Shown: piece after piece, positions 1 to 10,975 of the stretch
How the letters are laid out: the number at the start of each line of letters is the position of its first letter
Numbering within the stretch: the first letter of the stretch is position 1
Translations under genes and position numbers: made by a program
From: Mycobacterium tuberculosis H37Rv
GTDB taxonomy: Bacteria; Actinomycetota; Actinomycetes; Mycobacteriales; Mycobacteriaceae
Assembly: GCF_000195955.2 (NCBI RefSeq)
Contig: NC_000962.3
Coordinates: 1,560,001-1,592,000, forward strand
DNA: 32,000 nt
Direction: 5' to 3'
The notes under the pieces: model-generated
What the model was told of the DNA's origin: nothing
Seen by the model: only the letters and a program-made list of their open reading frames with translations
Database searches by the model: none

Positions 1-1
1 G

Positions 2-448
2 CTGCCGGCCCAGGGCACAGTGTTCGTGTCGGTGGCCAACCGGGACAAGCGGTCGCTGGTGTTTCCGGTCAAACGATTGGCCGACCTGGGTTTTCGCGTC
101 CTTGCCACCGAAGGCACCGCAGAGATGTTGCGCCGCAACGGTATTCCCTGCGACGACGTCCGCAAACATTTCGAGCCGGCGCAGCCCGGCCGCCCCACAA
201 TGTCGGCGGTGGACGCGATCCGAGCCGGCGAGGTCAACATGGTGATCAACACTCCCTATGGCAACTCCGGTCCGCGCATCGACGGCTATGAGATCCGTTC
301 GGCGGCGGTGGCCGGCAACATCCCGTGCATCACCACGGTGCAGGGCGCATCCGCCGCCGTGCAGGGGATAGAGGCCGGGATCCGCGGCGACATCGGGGTG
401 CGCTCCCTGCAGGAGCTGCACCGGGTGATCGGGGGCGTCGAGCGGTGA
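2..448 (+). CDS. carB: carbamoyl-phosphate synthase large subunit, C-terminal end (5' part lies outside the window)
   Basis: The frame is open from the window edge to TGA 446-448. The tail ([41 protein letters not shown]...NMVINTP) matches the MGS-like allosteric domain of CarB. The stop overlaps the pyrF start (GTGA). Confidence 0.9.
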
Positions 449-1269
449 CCGGGTTCGGTCTCCGGTTGGCCGAGGCAAAGGCACGCCGCGGCCCGTTGTG
501 TCTGGGCATCGATCCGCATCCCGAGCTGCTGCGGGGCTGGGATCTGGCGACCACGGCCGACGGGCTGGCCGCGTTCTGCGACATCTGCGTACGGGCCTTC
601 GCTGATTTCGCGGTGGTCAAACCGCAGGTGGCGTTTTTTGAGTCATACGGGGCTGCCGGATTCGCGGTGCTGGAGCGCACCATCGCGGAACTGCGGGCCG
701 CAGACGTGCTGGTGTTGGCCGACGCCAAGCGCGGCGACATTGGGGCGACCATGTCGGCGTATGCGACGGCCTGGGTGGGCGACTCGCCGCTGGCCGCCGA
801 CGCCGTGACGGCCTCGCCCTATTTGGGCTTCGGTTCGCTGCGGCCGCTGCTAGAGGTCGCGGCCGCCCACGGCCGAGGGGTGTTCGTGCTGGCGGCCACC
901 TCCAATCCCGAGGGTGCGGCGGTGCAGAATGCCGCCGCCGACGGCCGCAGCGTGGCCCAGTTGGTCGTGGACCAGGTGGGGGCGGCCAACGAGGCGGCAG
1001 GACCCGGGCCCGGATCCATCGGCGTGGTCGTCGGCGCAACGGCGCCACAGGCCCCCGATCTCAGCGCCTTCACCGGGCCGGTGCTGGTGCCCGGCGTGGG
1101 GGTGCAGGGCGGGCGCCCGGAGGCGCTGGGCGGTCTGGGCGGGGCCGCATCGAGCCAGCTGTTGCCCGCGGTGGCGCGCGAGGTCTTGCGGGCCGGCCCC
1201 GGCGTGCCCGAATTGCGCGCCGCGGGCGAACGGATGCGCGATGCCGTCGCCTATCTCGCTGCCGTGTAG
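445..1269 (+). CDS. pyrF: orotidine 5'-phosphate decarboxylase (type 2)
   Basis: ORF 325-1269. I chose GTG 445 because the product then begins (V/M)[26 protein letters not shown] and the start is coupled to the carB stop. It contains the DAKRGDIG active-site motif. The upstream 40 codons overlap carB and are Arg/Gly-rich junk. Confidence 0.9.
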
Positions 1270-1422
1270 CGGGTGCCCTGCCACCGCGCCGCTAAATCCC
1301 ACCAGCATGGGGTGGTGAGCCCAGCGCTCGTGTGACCAAACTCACCGCCCTGGGCCGTCGTCACGCTGTGTTAACCTCTCGTTCAAATGATATTCATATT
1401 CAATAGTGGCGCTAAGTGTCCG

Positions 1423-1444
1423 GTTGAATCCCCGTTGAACCCCC
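1423..1444 (+). repeat. tandem 2 x 11 bp direct repeat (gttgaatcccc / gttgaaccccc) 20 nt upstream of the PE15 start
   Basis: Read directly: 10/11 identical units at 1423-1433 and 1434-1444. Two TTCAA boxes (1382-1386, 1399-1403) lie upstream in inverted orientation to the TTGAA cores. Confidence 0.6.
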
Positions 1445-1463
1445 AACAGATGGAGTCTGTGTC

Positions 1464-1772
1464 GTGACGTTGCGAGTCGTTCCCGAAAGCCTGGCAGGCG
1501 CCAGCGCTGCCATCGAAGCAGTGACCGCTCGCCTGGCCGCCGCGCACGCCGCGGCGGCCCCGTTTATCGCGGCGGTCATCCCGCCTGGGTCCGACTCGGT
1601 TTCGGTGTGCAACGCCGTTGAGTTCAGCGTTCACGGTAGTCAGCATGTGGCAATGGCCGCTCAGGGGGTTGAGGAGCTCGGCCGCTCGGGGGTCGGGGTG
1701 GCCGAATCGGGTGCCAGTTATGCCGCTAGGGATGCGCTGGCGGCGGCGTCGTATCTCAGCGGTGGGCTATGA
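1464..1772 (+). CDS. PE15: PE family protein (PE-only, 102 aa)
   Basis: GTG start preceded by GGAG (1452-1455). The N-terminus [20 protein letters not shown] has Pro-Glu at positions 7-8, typical of a PE domain. The stop overlaps the PPE start (ATGA), the classic PE/PPE pair arrangement. Confidence 0.9.
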
Positions 1773-3388
1773 CCGAGCCGTGGATAGCCTTCCCTCCCGA
1801 GGTGCACTCGGCGATGCTGAACTACGGTGCGGGCGTTGGGCCGATGTTGATCTCCGCCACGCAGAATGGGGAGCTCAGCGCCCAATACGCAGAAGCGGCA
1901 TCAGAGGTCGAGGAATTGTTGGGGGTGGTGGCCTCCGAGGGATGGCAGGGGCAAGCCGCCGAGGCGTTTGTCGCCGCGTACATGCCGTTTCTGGCGTGGC
2001 TGATCCAAGCCAGCGCCGACTGCGTGGAAATGGCCGCCCAGCAACACGTCGTCATCGAGGCCTACACTGCCGCGGTAGAGCTGATGCCTACTCAGGTCGA
2101 ACTGGCCGCCAACCAAATCAAGCTCGCGGTGTTGGTAGCGACCAATTTCTTTGGCATCAACACCATTCCCATTGCGATCAATGAGGCCGAGTACGTGGAG
2201 ATGTGGGTTCGGGCCGCCACCACGATGGCGACCTATTCAACAGTCTCCAGATCGGCGCTCTCCGCGATGCCGCACACCAGCCCCCCGCCGCTGATCCTGA
2301 AATCCGATGAACTGCTCCCCGACACCGGGGAGGACTCCGATGAAGACGGCCACAACCATGGCGGTCACAGTCATGGCGGTCACGCCAGGATGATCGATAA
2401 CTTCTTTGCCGAAATCCTGCGTGGCGTCAGCGCGGGCCGCATTGTTTGGGACCCCGTCAACGGCACCCTCAACGGACTCGACTACGACGATTACGTCTAC
2501 CCCGGTCACGCGATCTGGTGGCTGGCTCGAGGCCTCGAGTTTTTTCAGGATGGTGAACAATTTGGCGAACTGTTGTTCACCAATCCGACTGGGGCTTTTC
2601 AGTTCCTCCTCTACGTCGTTGTGGTGGATTTGCCGACGCACATAGCCCAGATCGCTACCTGGCTGGGCCAGTACCCGCAGTTGCTGTCGGCTGCCCTCAC
2701 TGGCGTCATCGCCCACCTGGGAGCAATAACTGGTTTGGCGGGCCTATCCGGCCTGAGCGCCATTCCGTCTGCTGCGATACCCGCCGTTGTACCGGAGCTG
2801 ACACCCGTCGCGGCCGCGCCGCCTATGTTGGCGGTCGCCGGGGTGGGCCCTGCAGTCGCCGCGCCGGGCATGCTCCCCGCCTCAGCACCCGCACCGGCGG
2901 CAGCGGCCGGCGCCACCGCAGCCGGCCCGACGCCGCCGGCGACTGGTTTCGGAGGCTTCCCGCCCTACCTGGTCGGCGGTGGCGGCCCAGGAATAGGGTT
3001 CGGCTCGGGACAGTCGGCCCACGCCAAGGCCGCGGCGTCCGATTCCGCTGCAGCCGAGTCGGCGGCCCAGGCCTCGGCGCGTGCGCAGGCGCGTGCTGCA
3101 CGGCGGGGCCGCTCGGCGGCGAAGGCACGTGGCCATCGTGACGAATTCGTCACGATGGACATGGGTTTCGACGCGGCAGCTCCGGCCCCAGAGCACCAGC
3201 CGGGTGCCCGGGCGTCCGACTGTGGTGCGGGACCTATCGGATTTGCTGGCACGGTGCGCAAAGAGGCGGTCGTGAAAGCGGCGGGGTTGACCACGCTGGC
3301 CGGTGACGACTTCGGCGGCGGCCCAACGATGCCGATGATGCCCGGCACCTGGACCCATGATCAGGGCGTGTTCGACGAGCATCGCTGA
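1769..3388 (+). CDS. PPE20: PPE family protein (PPW-type C-terminus), 539 aa
   Basis: The N-terminus [17 protein letters not shown] carries the PPE motif at residues 9-11. The C-terminal region carries GFAGT and PMMPGTW (PxxPxxW) motifs of the PPE-PPW subfamily. The middle is Ala/Pro/Gly low-complexity. Confidence 0.9.
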
Positions 3389-3948
3389 TAGCTGACTGGG
3401 CAGTGGCTGGCAAACAGCTGAGAGAGCACTCGAGAGCTATCGTCAGGGCAATGTCCGATGATGCTGAGCACCCGCGTTTGGGGCACTAGCAGCCACGATG
3501 ATCCTTGTTGGGTTGCACCGCGGAGATGTCGGCGAAAATTGGCAGGGTTGCGTTGACGCAACCATGGCGCGACACGCGCGATAGGTCGCCCAACCGCGAG
3601 TGATCCCCGGCACTGCGAGTTGCGACGCCACCTGCCGCCACCAGTCGTCGGCCGTCGTCGACCGGTTGAGCAGGTCCGGAAAGCCGAAATCCATTGTTAG
3701 GCAACACTATTCATGTCCCATGCCAGCCATGCCGGCACGGACACGGGGCTCCGTCGAGAGGCCTTCGAGGTCGCCCGGCGGACCGCTGGCCGGTGGCACG
3801 TGCTACTCCCACGCTGCACGTTTGTCCCCAAAACCAGGGGGTCGGGTTAGATTTCGTCAGGAAGCCTGAGTACGGTCGTCTGCGCTGGCCGGCGTACCCG
3901 GCCGGGACAAACAACGATCGATTGATATCGATGAGAGACGGAGGAATC

Positions 3949-4266
3949 GTGGCCCTTCCCCAGTTGACCGACGAGCAGCGCGCGGCCGCGTTGGAGAAGG
4001 CTGCTGCCGCACGTCGAGCGCGAGCAGAGCTCAAGGATCGGCTCAAGCGTGGCGGCACCAACCTCACCCAGGTCCTCAAGGACGCGGAGAGCGATGAAGT
4101 CTTGGGCAAAATGAAGGTGTCTGCGCTGCTTGAGGCCTTGCCAAAGGTGGGCAAGGTCAAGGCGCAGGAGATCATGACCGAGCTGGAAATTGCGCCCACC
4201 CGCCGCCTTCGTGGCCTCGGTGACCGTCAGCGCAAGGCCCTGCTGGAAAAGTTCGGCTCCGCCTAA
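3949..4266 (+). CDS. mihF: mycobacterial integration host factor (nucleoid-associated protein), 105-aa form
   Basis: The conserved part begins (V/M)ALPQLTDEQRAAALEKAAAARRARAELK. GTG 3949 is preceded by GAGACGGAGGA (a Shine-Dalgarno). The ORF is open back to ATG 3694 (190 aa), but that extension is Cys/Arg/Pro-rich and not protein-like. Stop at 4264-4266. Confidence 0.8.
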   Translation: MALPQLTDEQRAAALEKAAAARRARAELKDRLKRGGTNLTQVLKDAESDEVLGKMKVSALLEALPKVGKVKAQEIMTELEIAPTRRLRGLGDRQRKALLEKFGSA

Positions 4267-4400
4267 CCCCGCCGGCCGACGATGCGGGCCGGAAGGCCTG
4301 TGGTGGGCGTACCCCCGCATACGGGGGAGAGGCGGCCTGACAGGGCCAGCTCACAATTCAGGCCGAACGCCCCGTGGGGGGAACCCGCCCAGGAGCGCCA

Positions 4401-5425
<1,025 letters not shown>

Positions 5426-5440
5426 CAGGGCAGGCCTGAG

Positions 5441-6697
5441 GTGGTGGACCATAAACGGATCCCCAAGCAGGTAATAGTCGGTGTCTCCGGGGGCATCGCC
5501 GCCTACAAGGCGTGCACGGTTGTTCGTCAACTCACCGAGGCCAGTCATCGCGTCCGAGTCATTCCCACCGAATCCGCCCTGCGCTTCGTCGGTGCCGCGA
5601 CCTTCGAGGCGCTCTCCGGTGAGCCGGTGTGCACCGACGTTTTCGCCGACGTTCCGGCGGTCCCGCATGTTCACCTCGGCCAGCAGGCCGATCTGGTCGT
5701 AGTGGCGCCGGCCACCGCCGACCTGCTGGCCCGCGCGGCGGCCGGTCGAGCCGACGATCTGCTGACCGCGACGCTGCTGACGGCGCGGTGTCCGGTGCTG
5801 TTCGCGCCGGCGATGCACACCGAGATGTGGTTGCATCCGGCCACCGTCGACAACGTGGCCACGCTGCGCCGCCGCGGCGCGGTGGTGCTCGAGCCCGCGA
5901 CAGGACGGCTTACCGGCGCCGACAGCGGGGCCGGCCGACTGCCCGAGGCGGAGGAGATCACCACCCTCGCCCAGCTGCTGCTGGAGCGGCACGACGCCCT
6001 GCCCTACGATCTCGCGGGGCGAAAGCTGCTGGTTACCGCCGGTGGCACACGCGAGCCGATCGATCCGGTGCGCTTTATCGGCAACCGCAGCTCCGGCAAG
6101 CAGGGCTATGCGGTGGCGCGGGTGGCCGCCCAGCGCGGCGCCGACGTTACTTTGATCGCTGGGCATACCGCAGGGCTCGTCGATCCCGCCGGCGTCGAGG
6201 TGGTGCACGTCAGCTCGGCCCAGCAACTCGCCGACGCGGTGTCCAAGCACGCTCCGACCGCCGACGTATTGGTGATGGCGGCGGCCGTCGCCGACTTCCG
6301 GCCCGCGCAGGTTGCCACCGCCAAAATCAAGAAAGGCGTCGAAGGCCCACCGACCATCGAGCTGCTGCGCAACGACGACGTGCTGGCCGGGGTGGTGCGG
6401 GCCCGAGCCCATGGACAACTGCCCAACATGCGGGCCATTGTGGGCTTCGCAGCCGAGACCGGCGACGCCAATGGCGACGTGCTCTTTCATGCCCGAGCTA
6501 AACTGCGACGCAAAGGCTGCGATCTGTTAGTCGTCAATGCCGTCGGCGAAGGCAGGGCCTTTGAGGTAGACAGCAACGACGGCTGGCTACTGGCGTCCGA
6601 TGGTACCGAGTCGGCATTGCAGCACGGCTCCAAGACACTGATGGCGAGCCGTATCGTTGATGCAATCGTCACGTTCCTGGCAGGCTGTAGCAGCTAA
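5441..6697 (+). CDS. coaBC: bifunctional phosphopantothenoylcysteine decarboxylase / phosphopantothenate-cysteine ligase
   Basis: GTG 5441. The N-terminal flavoprotein domain has GVSGGIAAYK. The C-terminal CoaB domain has TAGGTREPIDPVRFIGNRSSGKQG. Confidence 0.9.
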   Translation: MVDHKRIPKQVIVGVSGGIAAYKACTVVRQLTEASHRVRVIPTESALRFVGAATFEALSGEPVCTDVFADVPAVPHVHLGQQADLVVVAPATADLLARAAAGRADDLLTATLLTARCPVLFAPAMHTEMWLHPATVDNVATLRRRGAVVLEPATGRLTGADSGAGRLPEAEEITTLAQLLLERHDALPYDLAGRKLLVTAGGTREPIDPVRFIGNRSSGKQGYAVARVAAQRGADVTLIAGHTAGLVDPAGVEVVHVSSAQQLADAVSKHAPTADVLVMAAAVADFRPAQVATAKIKKGVEGPPTIELLRNDDVLAGVVRARAHGQLPNMRAIVGFAAETGDANGDVLFHARAKLRRKGCDLLVVNAVGEGRAFEVDSNDGWLLASDGTESALQHGSKTLMASRIVDAIVTFLAGCSS

Positions 6698-6786
6698 CGG
6701 GTCCGGCGGCCGGTTCTGTACGGGTCCTGGACAGGTGCTGGACGATCCCTTGCTCGATTGGACGAGCTGAGATTGATGCCTGAGGA

Positions 6787-6792
6787 TATAAT
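6787..6792 (+). promoter_or_regulatory. candidate -10 hexamer TATAAT upstream of metK
   Basis: A perfect TATAAT sits in an AT-rich patch 33 nt upstream of the metK GTG. GAAGGA (6811-6816) lies 8 nt before the start. No convincing -35 was seen. Confidence 0.3.
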
Positions 6793-6824
6793 TCGGCTAA
6801 CTATTTATCGGAAGGATGACGATA

Positions 6825-8036
6825 GTGAGCGAAAAGGGTCGGCTGTTTACCAGTGAGTCGGTGACAGAGGGACATCCCGACAAGATCTGTGACGCCATCA
6901 GCGACTCGGTTCTGGACGCGCTTCTAGCGGCGGACCCGCGCTCACGTGTCGCGGTCGAGACGCTGGTGACCACCGGGCAGGTGCACGTGGTGGGTGAGGT
7001 GACCACCTCGGCTAAGGAGGCGTTTGCCGACATCACCAACACGGTCCGCGCACGGATCCTCGAGATCGGCTACGACTCGTCGGACAAGGGTTTCGACGGG
7101 GCGACCTGCGGGGTGAACATCGGCATCGGCGCACAGTCACCCGACATCGCCCAGGGGGTCGACACCGCCCACGAGGCCCGGGTCGAGGGCGCGGCCGATC
7201 CGCTGGACTCCCAGGGCGCCGGTGACCAGGGCCTGATGTTCGGCTACGCGATCAATGCCACCCCGGAACTGATGCCACTGCCCATCGCGCTGGCCCACCG
7301 ACTGTCGCGGCGGCTGACCGAGGTCCGCAAGAACGGGGTGCTGCCCTACCTGCGTCCGGATGGCAAGACGCAGGTCACTATCGCCTACGAGGACAACGTT
7401 CCGGTGCGGCTGGATACCGTGGTCATCTCCACCCAGCACGCGGCCGATATCGACCTGGAGAAGACGCTTGATCCCGACATCCGGGAAAAGGTGCTCAACA
7501 CCGTGCTCGACGACCTGGCCCACGAAACCCTGGACGCGTCGACGGTGCGGGTGCTGGTGAACCCGACCGGCAAGTTCGTGCTCGGCGGGCCGATGGGCGA
7601 TGCCGGGCTCACCGGCCGCAAGATCATCGTCGACACCTACGGCGGCTGGGCCCGCCACGGCGGCGGCGCCTTCTCCGGCAAGGATCCGTCCAAGGTGGAC
7701 CGGTCGGCGGCGTACGCGATGCGCTGGGTGGCCAAGAATGTCGTCGCCGCCGGGTTGGCTGAACGGGTCGAGGTGCAGGTGGCCTACGCCATCGGTAAAG
7801 CGGCACCCGTCGGCCTGTTCGTCGAGACGTTCGGTACCGAGACGGAAGACCCGGTCAAGATCGAGAAGGCCATCGGCGAGGTATTCGACCTGCGCCCCGG
7901 TGCCATCATCCGCGACCTGAACCTGTTGCGCCCGATCTATGCGCCGACCGCCGCCTACGGGCACTTCGGCCGCACCGACGTCGAATTACCGTGGGAGCAG
8001 CTCGACAAGGTCGACGACCTCAAGCGCGCCATCTAG
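6825..8036 (+). CDS. metK: S-adenosylmethionine synthetase
   Basis: Contains [14 protein letters not shown] and the GGGAFSGKD motifs. I preferred GTG 6825 (403 aa) over ATG 6816 because GAAGGA would abut the ATG but is well spaced for the GTG. Confidence 0.9.
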   Translation: MSEKGRLFTSESVTEGHPDKICDAISDSVLDALLAADPRSRVAVETLVTTGQVHVVGEVTTSAKEAFADITNTVRARILEIGYDSSDKGFDGATCGVNIGIGAQSPDIAQGVDTAHEARVEGAADPLDSQGAGDQGLMFGYAINATPELMPLPIALAHRLSRRLTEVRKNGVLPYLRPDGKTQVTIAYEDNVPVRLDTVVISTQHAADIDLEKTLDPDIREKVLNTVLDDLAHETLDASTVRVLVNPTGKFVLGGPMGDAGLTGRKIIVDTYGGWARHGGGAFSGKDPSKVDRSAAYAMRWVAKNVVAAGLAERVEVQVAYAIGKAAPVGLFVETFGTETEDPVKIEKAIGEVFDLRPGAIIRDLNLLRPIYAPTAAYGHFGRTDVELPWEQLDKVDDLKRAI

Positions 8037-8047
8037 CGTCGAGGGCG

Positions 8048-8105
8048 CGAGCAGACGCAGAATCGCACGCGGAAAGGCTTCCGCGTGCGATTCTGCGTCT
8101 GCTCG
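8048..8105. terminator. perfect 27-bp stem / 4-nt loop hairpin between convergent metK and the monooxygenase gene (candidate bidirectional terminator)
   Basis: I paired it base by base: 8048-8074 (cgagcagacgcagaatcgcacgcggaa) is the exact reverse complement of 8079-8105, with loop aggc. There is no U-tract on either strand. It ends 3 nt before the stop of the minus-strand gene. Confidence 0.6.
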
Positions 8106-8108
8106 GCG

Positions 8109-9587
8109 CTAGCTGCTGATGCGGTAGTCGCCGAGGTCGAACCGCCGGCTGCGCCAGTAGGCTTCGACCGTGGTGGTCGGGCGCAACGGGACGTCACCGT
8201 TCTTGTCGAAGTAATAGCTGTTGGCCAGCCGACAACTGTCCTGCCAGAAGACCTGGCGGTGCCGGCGGCGCATCACCTCCGCGAAATAGCGAGCGTTGGC
8301 TTCTTCGGTCACCTCGATGCGGGTGGCGCCGGTGCGGCGGGCTCGCTTCAGGCACCGGATGATGTGGTGTGCCTGCGTCTCGATGAGCGCGAAGTACGAC
8401 GACCCGACGTAGCCGTACGGTCCGAACACGGTGAAGAAGTTCGGGTAGCCGGGAACGCTGACGCCCTCATAGGCCTGCAGCCGATGCTCGTCCCAGAACC
8501 GGCTCAAGGACGCACCGCCAGTTCCGGTGACGGCATAGGTCGGGATGCTGTCGGTGTCTAGCACCTTGAAGCCGGTCGCCAGCACCAGCACATCGATCTC
8601 GTGGCTGGCGCCGTCGGTGGTGGCCACCGCAGTGGGTGTGATCTTGTCGATCGGCTCGGTGACCAGCCGCACGTTGTCCCGGTTGAACGTCGACAGATAG
8701 GTGTTGTGGAAGCCGGGCCGCTTGCACCCCACCGCGTATCGGGGGGTGAGTTGCTCGCGCACCACCGGATCGTGGACCTGTTGGCGCAGGTAGCGCCGTC
8801 CCGCTGACTCCATGTGCTTGGCCAACGGAAACACCGCGAAGTAGTGCGCCGCGATGGGGAACGTTGCTTCCACGAAGGCCTGGCTGAGCAGCCGGTGGAC
8901 GGCTTTGCCGCCGGGAATCCGCATCGCCCAGCGGACGGCTGTGGGCAGTGGAACGTCGAATTTGGGGAAACACCAAATAGGGGTGCGCTGAAAAACGGTG
9001 AGGTGGGAGACAATTGGCGCCATCTCGGGAATGACCTGCACCGCCGAGGCCCCGGTGCCGATGATCCCGACGCGCTTGCCGGTCAGGTCCTGGGTGTGAT
9101 CCCAGCGTGCGGTGTGCATGGTGACGCCTTCAAACGAGTCCACCCCGTCGATGTCGGGTAGTTTGGGCACCGTCAGAATGCCGCATGCGCTGATCAGGAA
9201 CCTGGCTGTGATTTCGCCGCCCGGGTCCGTTTGCACCCGCCACAGGCTGTGCTCGTCATCGAACTCGGCGGCAAGCACCTTGGTGTTCAACCGGATCCGC
9301 GACCGGATGCCGTATTTGTCGACGCAGTGTTCGGCGTAGGCCTTCAGCTCGTGTCCGGGTGCATAGGTGCGCGACCAGTGCCGGCTCTGCTCGAAAGAGA
9401 ACTGATAGGAGAAGGACGGAATATCCACGGCGATACCGGGATAGGTGTTCCAGTGCCAGGTCCCGCCGACACCGTCGCCGGCTTCGACCACGAGGTAGTC
9501 GCTGAATCCCGCCCGGTCGAGCTTGATTGCGGCGCCGATCCCGGAGAACCCGGCGCCGACGATCAGTGCGTGGTAGTCGGGCATCAT
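8109..9587 (-). CDS. FAD/NADPH-dependent Baeyer-Villiger-type monooxygenase (Rv1393c-like)
   Basis: Contains GAGFSGIG (FAD Rossmann), the BVMO fingerprint FxGxxxHxxxW(P/D) as FEGVTMHTARWD, and a second Rossmann motif GIIGTGASAVQ. The start overlaps the cyp132 stop (ATGA, 9584-9587). Confidence 0.85.
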   Translation of the reverse strand: MMPDYHALIVGAGFSGIGAAIKLDRAGFSDYLVVEAGDGVGGTWHWNTYPGIAVDIPSFSYQFSFEQSRHWSRTYAPGHELKAYAEHCVDKYGIRSRIRLNTKVLAAEFDDEHSLWRVQTDPGGEITARFLISACGILTVPKLPDIDGVDSFEGVTMHTARWDHTQDLTGKRVGIIGTGASAVQVIPEMAPIVSHLTVFQRTPIWCFPKFDVPLPTAVRWAMRIPGGKAVHRLLSQAFVEATFPIAAHYFAVFPLAKHMESAGRRYLRQQVHDPVVREQLTPRYAVGCKRPGFHNTYLSTFNRDNVRLVTEPIDKITPTAVATTDGASHEIDVLVLATGFKVLDTDSIPTYAVTGTGGASLSRFWDEHRLQAYEGVSVPGYPNFFTVFGPYGYVGSSYFALIETQAHHIIRCLKRARRTGATRIEVTEEANARYFAEVMRRRHRQVFWQDSCRLANSYYFDKNGDVPLRPTTTVEAYWRSRRFDLGDYRISS

Positions 9588-10969
9588 CGCCTCCTCCCGA
9601 TGACGTGTACTCCGTGCTTGGGTCGCAGGGTCAGCGTCGCCTCGAGTTCGACGTGATAGCCAGGGGCGAGGTCAAAGGTGAAGTGTTGACTCATGATTGC
9701 CGCCATCAAAACCATCTCCATCAGGGCGAAGCTCTGTCCGATGCAGATGCGTCGGCCGCCACCGAACGGCAGGTATGCGCAGCGAGGACGGTCCGTGGGG
9801 CACCGCAAAAACCGGCCAGGATCGAATCTATCCGGGTCGGGCCACCAGCGCGGGTCGTGGTGAATGTGGTGAATCGGGATGACGACGGTGGTGCCGCGGC
9901 GAATTCGGTGTCCGTCGATGATGTCATCATCGACGGCCTCGCGCGCGATTATCCACACCGACGAGAAGTAGCGTTGCGATTCCTGCAGGCACGCGGTGGT
10001 CCAGGCCAGCTTGCCCAGGTCGTCGGCGGTCGGGCGGCGCATGCCCAGCACGTCGTCCAGCTCGGTGAGCATGTGGTCGCGGGCCTGCGGGTTCAGCGCC
10101 ATCAGATACCAGAACCAGGACATGGCGTTGGCGGTGGTTTCGTGGCCGGCGAGCATGAACGTCAGAGCTTCATCGCGTACTCGCTGGCGGGGCCAGATTC
10201 CGCCGTCGGCGCTCAGCAACACGTTGAGCAGGTCCGCGGAGTTAGTCGGCTCGGCCAGTCGCCGATCGATCACCGAGTTGATGGCGCGATCCAGGGTCAG
10301 CGTGATCTCTTGCATTTCCCGCAACGGCGGCGGCAGATGAACACCCGAGTAGATACACCAGATCAGCGTGTCGTAAACCGTCCGCGGCATCAGCCCCCAC
10401 AGCCCCAGCCGCTCCAGCTTTTCCGCCCGCCGCAGGCCGCGAGTCGCAAGATCGTGCATGGACTGCACCAACGGCCCGAAGTCCTGGCTGAACAGGGCGT
10501 TGGCGACTACCCGCAATGTCGTCTCGACCATGCTTTGGTGCATGTCGAACTGCGCGCCGGGCACCCGCGCGGCGGTGACGTCGGCGATTGGGTCGATCAT
10601 CAGACCGACGAGTCCGCGCAGGTGGCGCCGGGCGAAGGTCGAGTTTAACGCGCCGCGATGTCTTGCCCATGAGTCGCCCTCGTCGGTGAGCAAGTTAAGA
10701 CCGGCGGTGGCCCGGATCGGTCCGTATTCGTCGGATTTGACATATTTCAGGCGGGCCTCGTGCAGCACATGGTCGACGTAGTCGGGGTGACTGATCGAGA
10801 CAAAACGTCTGCCAGCACAACGAAATCGGGTGATGTCGCTGCCGCGTAGCCGGCCCAGGAAGCCGTCGCCGGCGTCGAATCCGATGGTGATGGCTTCCCG
10901 GGTCATCGTCCAGGTGCTCATCCGCTTGGCCGGTCCCTTCAGGGGCCGCTGGGTGGTGGCGGTGGCCAT
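9584..10969 (-). CDS. cyp132: cytochrome P450
   Basis: Contains the heme-thiolate loop FGGGRRICIGQSFA, the EXXR motif (ESQR) and the I-helix-like MLAGHETTA. It is first in a two-gene minus-strand operon with the BVMO. Confidence 0.9.
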   Translation of the reverse strand: MATATTQRPLKGPAKRMSTWTMTREAITIGFDAGDGFLGRLRGSDITRFRCAGRRFVSISHPDYVDHVLHEARLKYVKSDEYGPIRATAGLNLLTDEGDSWARHRGALNSTFARRHLRGLVGLMIDPIADVTAARVPGAQFDMHQSMVETTLRVVANALFSQDFGPLVQSMHDLATRGLRRAEKLERLGLWGLMPRTVYDTLIWCIYSGVHLPPPLREMQEITLTLDRAINSVIDRRLAEPTNSADLLNVLLSADGGIWPRQRVRDEALTFMLAGHETTANAMSWFWYLMALNPQARDHMLTELDDVLGMRRPTADDLGKLAWTTACLQESQRYFSSVWIIAREAVDDDIIDGHRIRRGTTVVIPIHHIHHDPRWWPDPDRFDPGRFLRCPTDRPRCAYLPFGGGRRICIGQSFALMEMVLMAAIMSQHFTFDLAPGYHVELEATLTLRPKHGVHVIGRRR

Positions 10970-10975
10970 GACTTC

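Noticed and set aside
325-444. An upstream ATG (325) for pyrF giving 314 aa.
   Set aside because: The extra 40 codons lie entirely inside carB in another frame and encode His/Arg/Gly junk. GTG 445 is stop-start coupled to carB.
3694-3948. The 85-codon N-terminal extension of mihF (190-aa ORF).
   Set aside because: The composition is not protein-like. A strong Shine-Dalgarno plus GTG sits at the start of the conserved core, and an internal promoter-like hexamer is present. I kept the short form but flagged it for checking.
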